From Octopus sinensis (Eukaryota), in NCBI RefSeq assembly GCF_006345805.1, contig NC_043006.1, forward strand, positions 54,188,001 through 54,252,000: a stretch of DNA of 64,000 bases, written 5' to 3'. The position numbers and the translations under genes are program-made. The notes beneath the pieces were generated by a model. That model searched no databases, was not told where the DNA came from, and saw only the letters and a program-made list of their open reading frames with translations. Every line of letters starts with the position of its first letter. Position 1 is the first letter of the stretch. Below are positions 53,061 through 64,000 of this stretch, piece after piece.

Positions 53061-54215
53061 TCTTTGTAAGTAATCTAGTTGGAAGACATAAGATGCAACT
53101 GAACCTTTCAACAGAGAGGACAAACATTACTCACAGGGCTGGGTCCCTATTGTGTCTGGTAGAGAGAGAGTCTTCATTGGAGAACCATCTCTACTTTGTG
53201 ACTACCATGTGAAAGAGCATCATATCATTATGTGCTGGAGCCATGGACCTGAACTGCATCCTTACAACAGAATGAACCTTTCTACTGACATCCATGGGCC
53301 AAGTCAGGGTGTTAAATAGGGTAAATGATTTCCTCTACCACCCAAACAATTTAAATTTACACACAAAGTAAATTTTCCCATTGATAGATATGGATTTATA
53401 AATTTTCTACTTTTCCATTTTGGTTTTCTGTTTCCATTTGGTTCAGCCTCTACTAGTTATGCTTTCCATTCCATTAATTGTTGTTTATATTTTTCTATTT
53501 AATTACTCTTGCTTTTACGTCTCATAAATAAGGAAGCTCATTCTTGATATAGCTGCCTGGCTTTGGAAAATTATTTTGGTTGGAGGTGGGGTGATGAGAC
53601 ACATCAGATGCTGGTCTACATTTTTTTTCTTCTTTATTTTCCGAGGCATTTACTTGTCAGATTACTGTCAAAATATCAATTGTTGCTCCTGAATGTATTC
53701 CATAATGGTGGTGGCGGGGGGGGGGGGGGTGGCAGTAGTGGTGGTGGTGCATCAGTGCTACAGCCAGTAACATGTTTCAATGACAGCAGAAAGTGTTGAC
53801 TTTAAAAAAATGTCACTTGCTGCCAAAACGTAGGAATTATTAACTTGGAAAGAATTGTAATTGTTTTTTTTTTTTTTTTTTTGAATAATTAATTTAGATA
53901 TTAATAAAAATTTTTAGATATTAATAAAAAAATTTTTTATTCATTTCTATTTGTGTGTGTGTGTGTTTCCTAAAATGATCATTCCTGTGTTTATTGCTAA
54001 AGTGTCAAAAAAAGGTTTAAAAGAAAATATGAAGAGACAAATTACACTTGAAGATAGATTTGCTGTGTAAATGTTGAACTAATCTACTGGCCTATTGAAA
54101 CACAAATATGCAATGATATTCTTTACAAGTGTATGCAATTTGCAAAAAGGAAAAAAAAAAACTAGGTTTTATTGTGGGTTAGTTTCTCTCTCTGTTTAAA
54201 TTTCCCCTTGCATAC

Positions 54216-54340
54216 ACATTGATGGTGACAGTCAACTCCTCTCACAATGTCTTCCAGTTCTGTTGAACCAGAGCAGATTATTTTATAAATATCTGTTGCA
54301 GAGAATGGGACATTGTCAGCATGAATAGGAACATGGAAAT
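54216..54340 (-). other. Candidate 125-nt exon of an unidentified gene
   Basis: acceptor TTTTCCTGTTTTCTTTTAG, donor TGT|GTATGC; one open frame (D)FHVPIHADNVPF...VDCHHQC. Confidence 0.25.
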
Positions 54341-54499
54341 CTAAAAGAAAACAGGAAAACAATGTGGGGATTTCAGATGCTGGGCCTCACTGAGGAAATA
54401 ATAAGGGACTGGGAGATGTGGCGATTTGCTGTACCTGATAAGACACGTCAAGCTAAGTAAAATTGCTGTCTTCCATACATACAGGCTTGTCCTTTCAGG

Positions 54500-54725
54500 T
54501 GTCAGTGCCACCTAAAAAGCACCCATGCCAGTGCTTCATCAGCACACCTGTGCCGGTGGCTTGTAAAAGCACCTGGCACTCACTGTTAAGTGATTGGTGT
54601 TAAGAAGGGCATCTAGCTGTAGAAACCATGTCACAACAGACAACTGGAGTGTGGACAGCTCCATGTCAAACAGTCCAACCCATGCCAGCAGGGAAAACAG
54701 ATCTTAACCGATAATGATGATGATA
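54500..54725 (+). mobile_element. SINE family C
   Basis: GGTGTTAAGAAGGGCATCTAGCTGTAGAAACC...CCATGCCAGCAGGGAAAACAG...GATAATGATGA. Confidence 0.75.
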
Positions 54726-54748
54726 ATTTTTGCTGCACATCATCTATA

Positions 54749-54961
54749 TTAACCTTTTAGCATTAAAGTCAGCCATATCCAGCCCAAATATTCTACCTGT
54801 TCTGTGTTCGAATTAGCCGGATCTGGCCTTTCACACTTAGCCTACAATGTCATTCTGAAAATAAACCAATGCATCATCAAAATCTCAAAGCAATGACATA
54901 ATATGTGATTGATTTAAAAGAATGTGAATGTGGCCGAGTAATCTGAATGCTGAAGGGTTAA
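54749..54961 (+). mobile_element. piggyBac MITE family 1
   Basis: TTAA|CCTTTTAGCATT...AATGCTGAAGGG|TTAA. Confidence 0.9.
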
Positions 54962-55096
54962 AAAGGATTATCTGTGTATTGAACTCAAAACCCAATGACC
55001 AAATCATTTAATTCACCCAGGTCTTCCTTGTTCTCTCTCAGTCACCACTTGAACCAGAAATGAATCTGCCCCATAGTAGTTTAACCTCCCTGTTTA

Positions 55097-55305
55097 TTAA
55101 CCCTTTAGCTTTCTACCTTGTTTTATGTTCAAATCAACCAGATCTGGCCTCTCATACCTACCCTACAATTTCATTCTAAAAATAAACAATCTCATCATAG
55201 ATATCTAAAAGCTAAGAGATAATTCATGATTAATTCAAAACAATGTGAATAAATAATTTTATTCACATTACATTTGGCAGAATAATCTGAATGCTAAAGG
55301 CATAA
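55097..55305 (+). mobile_element. piggyBac MITE family 1 with a small deletion
   Basis: TTAA|CCCTTTAGC...AATCTGAATGCTAAAGG. Confidence 0.85.
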
Positions 55306-55692
55306 ACTCCATTCTGACATTTTTTTAAACAGGTTAGATGAGCAATGCTATTGGATTTTGGATGGATCTTCCCAGACTAGCCAGATTCATTTGGTTGATG
55401 TTCAGATTGACTGACTGTTACTGGTGTCTGTAACAAAATATTAGGTAGTGTCGGAGAATTGCAGAGATAGAATAAAACAGAGAAAGATCCAACTGCATGT
55501 TTGTTAGTGGAACAATTTGTTGCCCATTGCTTGACCAAGTTCCTTTGAATGTATCTAGAATGTTTGTATGCTACAGCAAACATTAAGTGTGGCCCTGTGT
55601 TTGAAAAGTAATTTAGAACAAGACCCCCCACAAATCAATATTAAATGGCATTGGCTGGAAATACCTGTTAAATGCTTTGTGTCCATGCCATA

Positions 55693-55907
55693 CTCTTTCT
55701 CTTTTACTCTTTTACTTGTTTCAGTCATTTGACTGTGGCCACACTGGAACACCGCCTTTAGTCAAGCACATCGACCCCAGGACTTATTCTTTGTAAGCCT
55801 AGTACTTATTCTATTGGTCTCTTTTGCTGAATCGCTAAGTTACAGGGACGTAAGCACACCAGCATTGGTTGTCAAGCGATGTTGGGGGAACAAACACAGA
55901 CACACAA

Positions 55908-55941
<34 letters not shown>

Positions 55942-56108
55942 CCACACACACACAATGGGCTTCTTTCAGTTTCCATCTACCAAATCCACTCACAAGGCTT
56001 TGGTTGGCCTGAGGCTATAGTAGAAGACACTTGCCCAAGGTGCCATGCAGTGGGACTGAACCCGGAACCATGTAGTTTGTAAACAAGCTACTTAACCACA
56101 CAACCACT
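55693..56108 (-). mobile_element. SINE family A, well preserved
   Basis: complete tail, body, (TA)n tract and head. Confidence 0.9.
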
Positions 56109-56124
56109 CAAATTAAGAAGGACT

Positions 56125-56300
56125 GGCTAGAGTTAGCACCCACTACACTCGGAGTGGTGGCATTAGGAAGGGCATCCAGCTGTAGAAACTTTGGCAGATC
56201 AGACTGGAGCCTGGTACACCCTTCTGGCTTGCCAATCCTCAGTCAAACCAGCCAGCCCATGCCAGCAGGCAAAGCAGATGTTAAATGATGACGACGACAT
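56125..56300 (+). mobile_element. SINE family C
   Basis: GGCATTAGGAAGGGCATCCAGCTGTAGAAACT...GTTAAATGATGACGACGAC. Confidence 0.75.
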
Positions 56301-56668
56301 CATTAAATTCCTATTTTGAGGATACACCTGCTTAGGGCTAAGTACTTTATCAACTCTTTTGAAACCAACTTTAAACTCCGAGAATCAACGAGGCACTTTG
56401 GTCTTTCGACCTGTGGGAAATAGCATCCAAAATCTCCATCAAATTACACCATAATGTCCTAAAAATGAGATAACATAATACAGTATAGTCTAGAAAAAAG
56501 ACATGATTCTCATGGCTGAAAATCTATTGATCATAGATCTTCTCAGTTGGGGCCAACCTGGACATAAAACCCTTGTGTCCCCTATCTGTGATTATTTACA
56601 ATGTTATATTCCAGTATCTTTGTTTAGAAGGTAGCAATCTCAGAGATGTACCTTATTCTCCACTTGCC

Positions 56669-57036
56669 TTAACTCATTAGCATTTAAACCAGCTATATCA
56701 GGTTCAAATATGTTCAAACTGGCCACATCCAGCCTCTCACACTTACCCTACAATGTTATTCTGAGCATGGCCATTACCAGTACCGCCTGACTGGCCCTTG
56801 TGCCGGTGGCACATAAAAACACCCACTACACTCTCGGAGTGGTTGGCGTTAGAAAGGGCATACAACTGTAGAAACTCTGCCAGATCAGATTGGTGTCTGG
56901 TTCGCCAGTCCTTGACAATCGTATCATTGAAATCTTGAAGCTATGAGATGATGCATGATTAATTCAAAGCAGTGTGAAAAAAAATAAGCATTACATTTCA
57001 TAGGGTGATAAAGTGATCTGAATGCTAAAGGGTTAA
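56669..57036 (+). mobile_element. piggyBac MITE family 1 interrupted by a family C fragment (about 56766-56920)
   Basis: TTAA|CTCATTAGCATT...AATGCTAAAGGG|TTAA with a family C core inside. Confidence 0.85.
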
Positions 57037-60000
57037 GAAGAATTAAGGCAAATGGCATCAGAGATATTGAATGTGTGCGTGAATGTGTAGAAGTTGTTAC
57101 CAACTGAACTAGAAACACTACAGATGACTTATTGCTGCATTTAATACTTACTACATTTGTAAATATTTCATTTTGTTTGCTTGATCCTACTTCACATAAA
57201 ACCACTGACATCATCACCATCACCATCGTCATCACAATGGTGCAATCTAATGTTTTATTAAGCCTTTTTCTCAAGTGGGAAATGTTTATTCATTGTAAGT
57301 AAATAAATAAATAAAAGATGAAAGAAAAAGACGCTTATATTGTTTGTGTGCCTTAACAATGATATAACCGTCAACAGTTGCTCTTTCCCTGATGGTATGG
57401 AAAAGAAGAAGAAACCTTGGGAAAAATCCCAGATGGCACAGGGTCGTAGAAGAAGACACAGTTGAAAAGCATCAGATTAAAAATAGCCCTTGTCTCTCTC
57501 TCTCTCTTTCTCTCCCCAACCCATTCCCTCCTGAGGTTGGCATCCCTGCCCCACTTCCTCTCCTCCCCACCTAATTTTCTTTTGTATTGATTTTGTTTCA
57601 TATTAATCCCTTTTCAGAAATGACAATTATTCCAATGCAGATAAGGTTGGAACAGCTGATGGAGGTTTCTTTTTATATATGAGCAACCCCTCCCTACTTC
57701 TCACCTTCACCTCAACTCTTATCCATAATTCTACTTTTTCTCTCCCCTCCCTGCTTGCTGCACCTCCACTAGTTCTTTGGCATGTAATTTTCATCTCAAA
57801 TGGCAGTGCTATTTCTTCCTTCCCCTCCCGCTCCTGGCTACTGCCAACCCCAGCCCACCTCTGCTCTATCATATCATGGAGGAAGGGAAGGTGACAGGGA
57901 GTTGGGGGTAAGGGTGCTGTTATATAGTATACTTACTATATGTACCTGTAGCAGGTGTTATAAAGGACTTTGTCGGTGGGTGTGGAGGTGGGAATTCTAG
58001 CAAGGGAAGAGCAGAGGTGGGTGAACTAGTAATTCTATACAAATACCACCACCGCTGCTCCTCCTCCTCCTACTACTACTACTACTACTACCACTACCAC
58101 TACCACCACCACCACTATTAACTGACTTTGTGCTACCTTGGTCTTATTGTTTCCATTGTAACGCCCTCCCTCCCCCCTGTTGGACAAACAGATTTTCCAA
58201 GGTTTCTATATGTCCTTTGTCAGTAGTGTCCACCTCTGCACTTCCCCTTTCTCCCAACTGATCTCATAAGGGGCTGATTCTTTTAACAGGATCATCCTAT
58301 TGTTTGTTCTGCTTCATGTTCTTATTGTCCCTTCTTTACTCTTTTTTTTCTCCTTTCTTCCATTTTGGTGCAGTCTTTCTGTTTTTCTTGCACTCTATCA
58401 TCATCATCATCATCATCAGTGCCACTATCATTGCTACAACTTACCATCATCATTGTTACTGCTACCATTACCACCACCACCATTACTCTCATCACTATTA
58501 CCAATATCACCCAATACCTTGGTCACTATTGTTATCATCATTATCATTGCCACACTCAGTATATTTAATATTTTATCAAAGCAGTTTAGGTAATTGTTGA
58601 ATGTAGTGTAGCACATTATGATGATGATGATATCCATAATAGTAATGATACTGGCTGTGTTAATATCATTACTATTTTCCTTTATATTCTTTAATATTCT
58701 TTATATTTTGTCTCGCCGACTATCCTCTCTCTTTCCTTCTTACATCAAATCAAGATTTATTTATTTTGTAACAATACCTGCAATCTTTGGTGACATTTTC
58801 CTTAACTGCAGCAGATGGCTGGGATCTGAAGCCATTTTTATTTATTTATTCATCACCATCATTGTCAGTATATGTCTGTGCATGTGTGTACGTATATCTG
58901 TCTATATCTATCTATCTCTCTCTCTATATATATATGTAGCAAAACCCTAGTGTATTTTCATAACACATACACACACACACACATTTATTATAAACATACT
59001 TGTATGTGTTCTGTTTGGTGAAAGTATATTTAAAAATTATGTTTTCATTTCTTTGTCCATGTACATACAAGATTCCAATTTGAGAGCTCTGAGAAAACAT
59101 CCCCTGCTAAGATAGATTTAGAATATGTCCTATTCAAAAGGCAAATGCATGCACATACATGTTGTTCGTGTGTGTGTGTGTGTATGTAGAGACACATGTG
59201 TGCATGCACACACACGCAGTCTGACCTCCATTAAAATTCTGTTTAGATAGAAGAAAAGAAACAGTCAAAAATTATGAAATATGACAGCTTTTGTTTTCAG
59301 TTGTAATGCTCTCTCTTGATCTCTGTATCTATCTATCTACACACACACACATATATTTGCTCAACAGCTATACAAAAGTCATGAGCAGGGAAGAAATTCC
59401 AGCGTGGTTAGGCGTCACATGGATAAAGTCAGAGGAAGAGAAACAAGTAAAGTACAGAGTGTATGAGTACAGGTGGTAGATGACCAGCCAGCCAGCCCTA
59501 CAAAACAGAAGCCTTTGTAGTACCAGTAGAAAAGGCAGAAAGAGAAGGTAGCATTCATGGGTTAGTCTATGATTGGTCTTTGGTTTCAAGGTTGCATGTG
59601 GATGATGCATGGTTGGAAGAGGGTGAGAGAATTATGAAGGGTAGAGTCATCTATATAAATGTAGGTATTGTTTGATGTGACAGCAGGTAGGACATTTATC
59701 TGTGGAAGGCTCTGAGTGAGTGAAAAACCAAACCCTAGGGGACACTGGGATTGTGGGTCATAAAGAGCTTGACATTATATGATGGTTGTAAACAATTATC
59801 ATCATAGAAGTGGTGTCCTTCATTGCCATCCTAAGTGAAAACATGTCCTGCAATGGGGAAATAATGCTTTGTTTCAGGGCAAATGAAGGGCATCCATCTC
59901 AACAAATTCCATCTGGCCCATGCAAACAGAAAAGTGGGTTTAAAATGATGTTGAATATATATATACACATATACATATATGTGTGTGTACATGTGTATAC

Positions 60001-60704
60001 ACACACGCACAAACACACTCACCAGAATTGAAAGTTTTATGATTATAGTTTTCATATGCTCACAGTTGTATTATGAAGGCATGGTGTCCCTTTTGGTTTA
60101 GTCGGTGTTTATATATTTTCAGGATAGATAATTCACTGAGACAAGTCTATGGATATAAAAATACATAGTTCATCAAGAGACATTTCCCTATGACAAAGAT
60201 CTTATAATATGCTACAATGTGCTTTGGTGTTACCTGAGTATTGTGGCCTACAGCCACATTGTATTATTTGTTCCTTTCTTATGGGTAGAATTGGCACACG
60301 AGGAGTATGAAACAAACAACTGTTTTTTTTAAGCATGATTTTTGGTCATTTTCTGATGAACAATGCTGCAGTTTCTGTCTACCAAATTCAGCCACAAGTC
60401 TTGGTTGGCCTAGGGCTATAGTAGAAAAATACTTGCCCAAGGTACTCTGCAGAGGGACTGAACGTGAAACTATTTGGTTGGAAAGCAAACCTCTCAACGA
60501 CACAGTCATTCTTGCACCTAATATGTGTGTGTGTGTGCGTTTACATTTGTTGTTAAATCAAGTATTGTGTCTCATTTTGTTTCAATGTTAACAGTTCATC
60601 AAGCAGAGATCTATAAAATATATGCCAGATTGAAATATGTACTGAGGTCAGTATGATCAACTAAATTTTTGAAGGCGATACCCCCATCATGGCAACAGGT
60701 GAAA

Positions 60705-60842
60705 GACTAAACCCAGTAAAATAATGTTTAAAGACAATAATGTTCAAAACTTCATATTGAACTCATTGTCTTGTGGTTAGTAATTCATTACCTTAAATTT
60801 GAAGCTATTAAGTCTTTATACATTATTTTACTGGGTTTAGTC
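60705..60842. repeat. 31-bp inverted repeat (one mismatch) with 76-bp spacer
   Basis: GACTAAACCCAGTAAAATAATGTTTAAAGAC at 60705-60735 vs GTCTTTATACATTATTTTACTGGGTTTAGTC at 60812-60842. Confidence 0.95.
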
Positions 60843-62400
60843 AGGCAGAGTTGCCTATCTTAGCCAAAGACCTCAAAATTGTGTGATCTGACCTTGTTTT
60901 CGAGGTTATTTTTGTAGTAAAAATGAGTTGTGCAAAAAAACATGCTTTATTTGGTAGCCAAAAGATTACTGAAATTTTTGATACCTCATACATCAAAATC
61001 AGCAACTCAGTTTTTGAATCCATAAGGAACATAAGCACACACACACAAAGCTCTGTTTTATATATTAAGATAACTGAACATTTAGCGTAGAGTAGTATGT
61101 CAAAATATACTCTTAAGTTCAGGAGCTTGTGGCTCGTGAAATTGCACAACTTCACCCTTTTGAGACATATGGTGTCCAAAGAACAAATTTTTTTTCTGTT
61201 GAAATTGAAATTCATGGGTGCATGTACAAAACAAAGGATAACGTGCCTAAAACTGTTAGTATGTAAAACTATATATATTATGAAAGCTTATACATCTATC
61301 ATAATAAGAAAGCCTAGAACACCACAATACAGGTAAATAAATAAAATAATAAGCAGAAATGTTTCTGTGAAAAAACAAAAAAGATATGTGCTGAAAGACG
61401 ATCTCTAATTGGTTATTACACTTCAAAACCAACCATTCACAATGTTTGTTTTATTGGGTCAATGGATTGGCCTCAAAGTCCTTTCAGCTTGTATCACTTG
61501 GGCCAATCAGTCGGCCTGGGTGTCCCAAGAGGGTTAACCATCTTCACAACCATCAACTATTGCTGTTCATGTCACAATTCTCCTTTTCTGTGTCTGTCTC
61601 CTCTCACTCTCTGCATGTATTGCAGTACAAGTAAGAACTTGTTCGTAATAATACCCCTTACATATCTCTACTAACACCAATAAAACCTTACATAACACCA
61701 ATATCTTCACCTATTTAAACTTTTCCTGACTGATTACTAGGTATGTATGTTGCTGCTATGTGAGTGGACTGGTTGTGTAGACAACATGGGTTGTTAACAT
61801 GATAGTTGGCTTTAACAGTTGATTCCGATCGCTTGTTTGACATTATCTCATCCACTGGCATCGCCTGAGATTGGTACTTCCTTGTTCCGTTGCTGTCTCA
61901 TCATCTTTCTTGCTCAACTGTGATTTGAATTGAAACTATAGTAGGATTGTGTATTGAAAATGTTGCCTCTATTAGATCTTCAGTCTCTGTGCTGTCTGAC
62001 CCGGCATGCCATTTGTTTTAAAGGTCACTCATCTCTCTTCAGAGAATCACCAGATTTATTGGGTTTGGAATTTCTCTTCAATGCTTCCCACACTACTCTT
62101 ATGTAATCTCCAGCATATGTATTTAGCTTGCATGTATACACGTACACTTATTCGGCCACATGAATTTACTTCTATTTAAAATATGTGTGTGAATAGAGAA
62201 ACAAGATAAAGATGACATATTTAGCTGTAAATTTTGAAGAATAACATTCTTGCATTTTTTTCTCTGATAGACAGGTTCTAAAATATCTCAAGATAATGCT
62301 TGAGGTGTGTGTGTGTGTATGTTATAATACCTTTTGGATTATTTCCTGGTGTATTTTGCAGGGTGTCTTTATTACTAAACCATGAGCAGTGTTTAAAAAA

Positions 62401-62435
<35 letters not shown>

Positions 62436-63049
62436 GTGGAGGGAGTGAGGAATAAACAGATAAAATCATTGATTCTAGAATGTTGTTGTTTCTGTTGGTT
62501 CTTGGTGCTAATGTTTAGTATTCTGGTCTTAAATTAATGGCATTTACTTATTACCTTTAGATCTGTTATGTGTCCCACAGCAGAACTGTTCTACTTTGAC
62601 TTAGGGTTGCTTAGTGAAAGAGAGAGAGGGAGAGTGTGTATGTGTGTCTGTCTGTGTGTCTGAAGGGAAAGAAAGCATTTGTTGTTGTAAACTTTATTTC
62701 CAGTTAGACTTTGATTTGATCTCACCATTGCTTGACCTACATGGTCTACTTGTTGTACTTGGGTGTATTGATCTAATCTCAGTTGACCTATATGATCTGC
62801 TGATTTTGTTTGGGTTATTGATCAAGCCTCTCTTAACCTAAAAGATTTGCTGATGATCAGTCTTGACCTATTTAGCTCTACTTGACCTATTTTTATGGCT
62901 TCAGTTACTTTCTAAAACTCCTTTATTTTTCACTTGTTTCCTATCAAAGCCTGTTTTAGCCCTAATCATAGGTTCATATAGTTTTCACAAACTTTTTTTT
63001 TCTTCCACGTGAAGTGTGTCTATTCTCCATTCCAACCATTGGATGTAAA

Positions 63050-63250
63050 ATTGATGATATCATCATTTAATATCCATATTCCATGGCATGGTTCAGATGA
63101 TTTGACAGGATCTGATAGGTCAGAGGACTGTATTGAGCTCTGTTTTGGTGTTGTTTCTTCAGCTGGGCCTTCCTAACACCAACCACTTTACAAAGTGTAT
63201 TAGGTACTTTGCTGTGTCTCCAGCACTAGTGAGGTCACCAAATGGCATGC
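63050..63250 (-). mobile_element. SINE family C
   Basis: GATATCATCATTTAATATCC...CTGGGCCTTCCTAACACCAACCAC. Confidence 0.65.
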
Positions 63251-63395
63251 AAGAGAAAACTCATTAATTGGGGTGAGTGTAGTACTGAAGGTGGGGGCTT
63301 ATGGCAAGTGCTGAGATGTAGAAATATGATATATGGGCAACCAGCCACAGAAAACTTGGAAAAGTAGATGTTAAATGGGGATGATGATGTTTAAT

Positions 63396-63756
63396 ATTCT
63401 TTTATTCATTTCAGTCATTTGACTGCAGCCATGCTGGAGCACCGCCTTTAGTCGAACAAATCACCCCCAGGACTTATTCTTTTGTAAGCCTGGTACTTAT
63501 TCTATCAATATCTTTTGCTTAACTGCTCAGTTATAGATACGTAAGCACACCAATATCGGTTGTCAAGTGATGGTGGGGGAAAATCACAGAGATACAAATA
63601 TATATATATATATATACGATGGGCTTCTTTCAGTTTCCATCTACCAAATCCACTCACAAGGCTTTGGTTGGCCTGAGGCTATAGTAGGTGTCACAGTGGG
63701 ACTGAACCCAGAACCATGTAGTTGGTAAGCAAGCTACTTACCACACAGCCACTCCT
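63396..63756 (-). mobile_element. SINE family A, full length
   Basis: CAGTCATTTGACTGCAGCCATGCTGGAGCACC...ACCACACAGCCACTCCT. Confidence 0.9.
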
Positions 63757-64000
63757 AACAGTAGAATAGGACATTATATATGTATCATAGAAGGAAGGGA
63801 GTAGATGATATGATGAGGTGGACTGGGCCATAGTTTTATTTTGCTGATTCAATCCACTAGTTGACTCTTTGAATTATGGGATTTATGTATTTATATATTT
63901 ATTTATTAAGGATTCTAGATAGTAAGTAGGTGTATGAAAGTAAACTTTTTTCTTATTTCAACAAAGTTAGTTCAGTATTGGAAGAAAACTTCTTTGTCAG

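Noticed and set aside
50826-54340. Resemblance to the Nuclear Factor I N-terminus (DFH... and AYSWCNLQA vs AYTWFNLQA)
   Set aside because: Only a few residues match, in incompatible phases 3 kb apart; the highly conserved KRKYFKKHEKR is absent
56924-57274. ORF with a signal-peptide-like N-terminus
   Set aside because: It starts at TTG, the hydrophobic run comes from a (CAT/CAC)n repeat, and the 3' part runs into a MITE
58300-58950. Overlapping His/Ile/Met-rich ORFs
   Set aside because: They are produced by (CAT/CAC/TAT)n low-complexity sequence

Overview
AT-rich, repeat-dense eukaryotic DNA, most likely from an octopus (inferred from the repeat families, not from a database match). I cannot support any complete protein-coding gene, rRNA, true tRNA or CRISPR array; nearly all supplied ORFs are chance ORFs in microsatellites or repeats. 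Contents: (i) four SINE-like families, labelled here A and B (tRNA-like head plus CORE-like segment, resembling octopus OR-type SINEs), C (GGAAGGGCATCCAGC core, (CAT/GAT)n tail) and D (CCTTTCATCCTTTCGGAGTTGATAAA-type core); (ii) about ten piggyBac-type MITE copies or fragments, plus a 1.74-kb internally deleted piggyBac (39795-41537) sharing both ends with them; (iii) three mariner remnants; (iv) a Helentron/DINE-1-like non-autonomous element; (v) decayed Tx1/L1-, RTE- and I/Jockey-type LINE fragments; (vi) microsatellites and several TE-poor islands with splice-site-bounded candidate exons of unknown genes. The most notable structure is repeated TE-in-TE nesting centred on family A SINEs. All alignments and translations were done by eye. 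Boundaries of diverged repeats are approximate.
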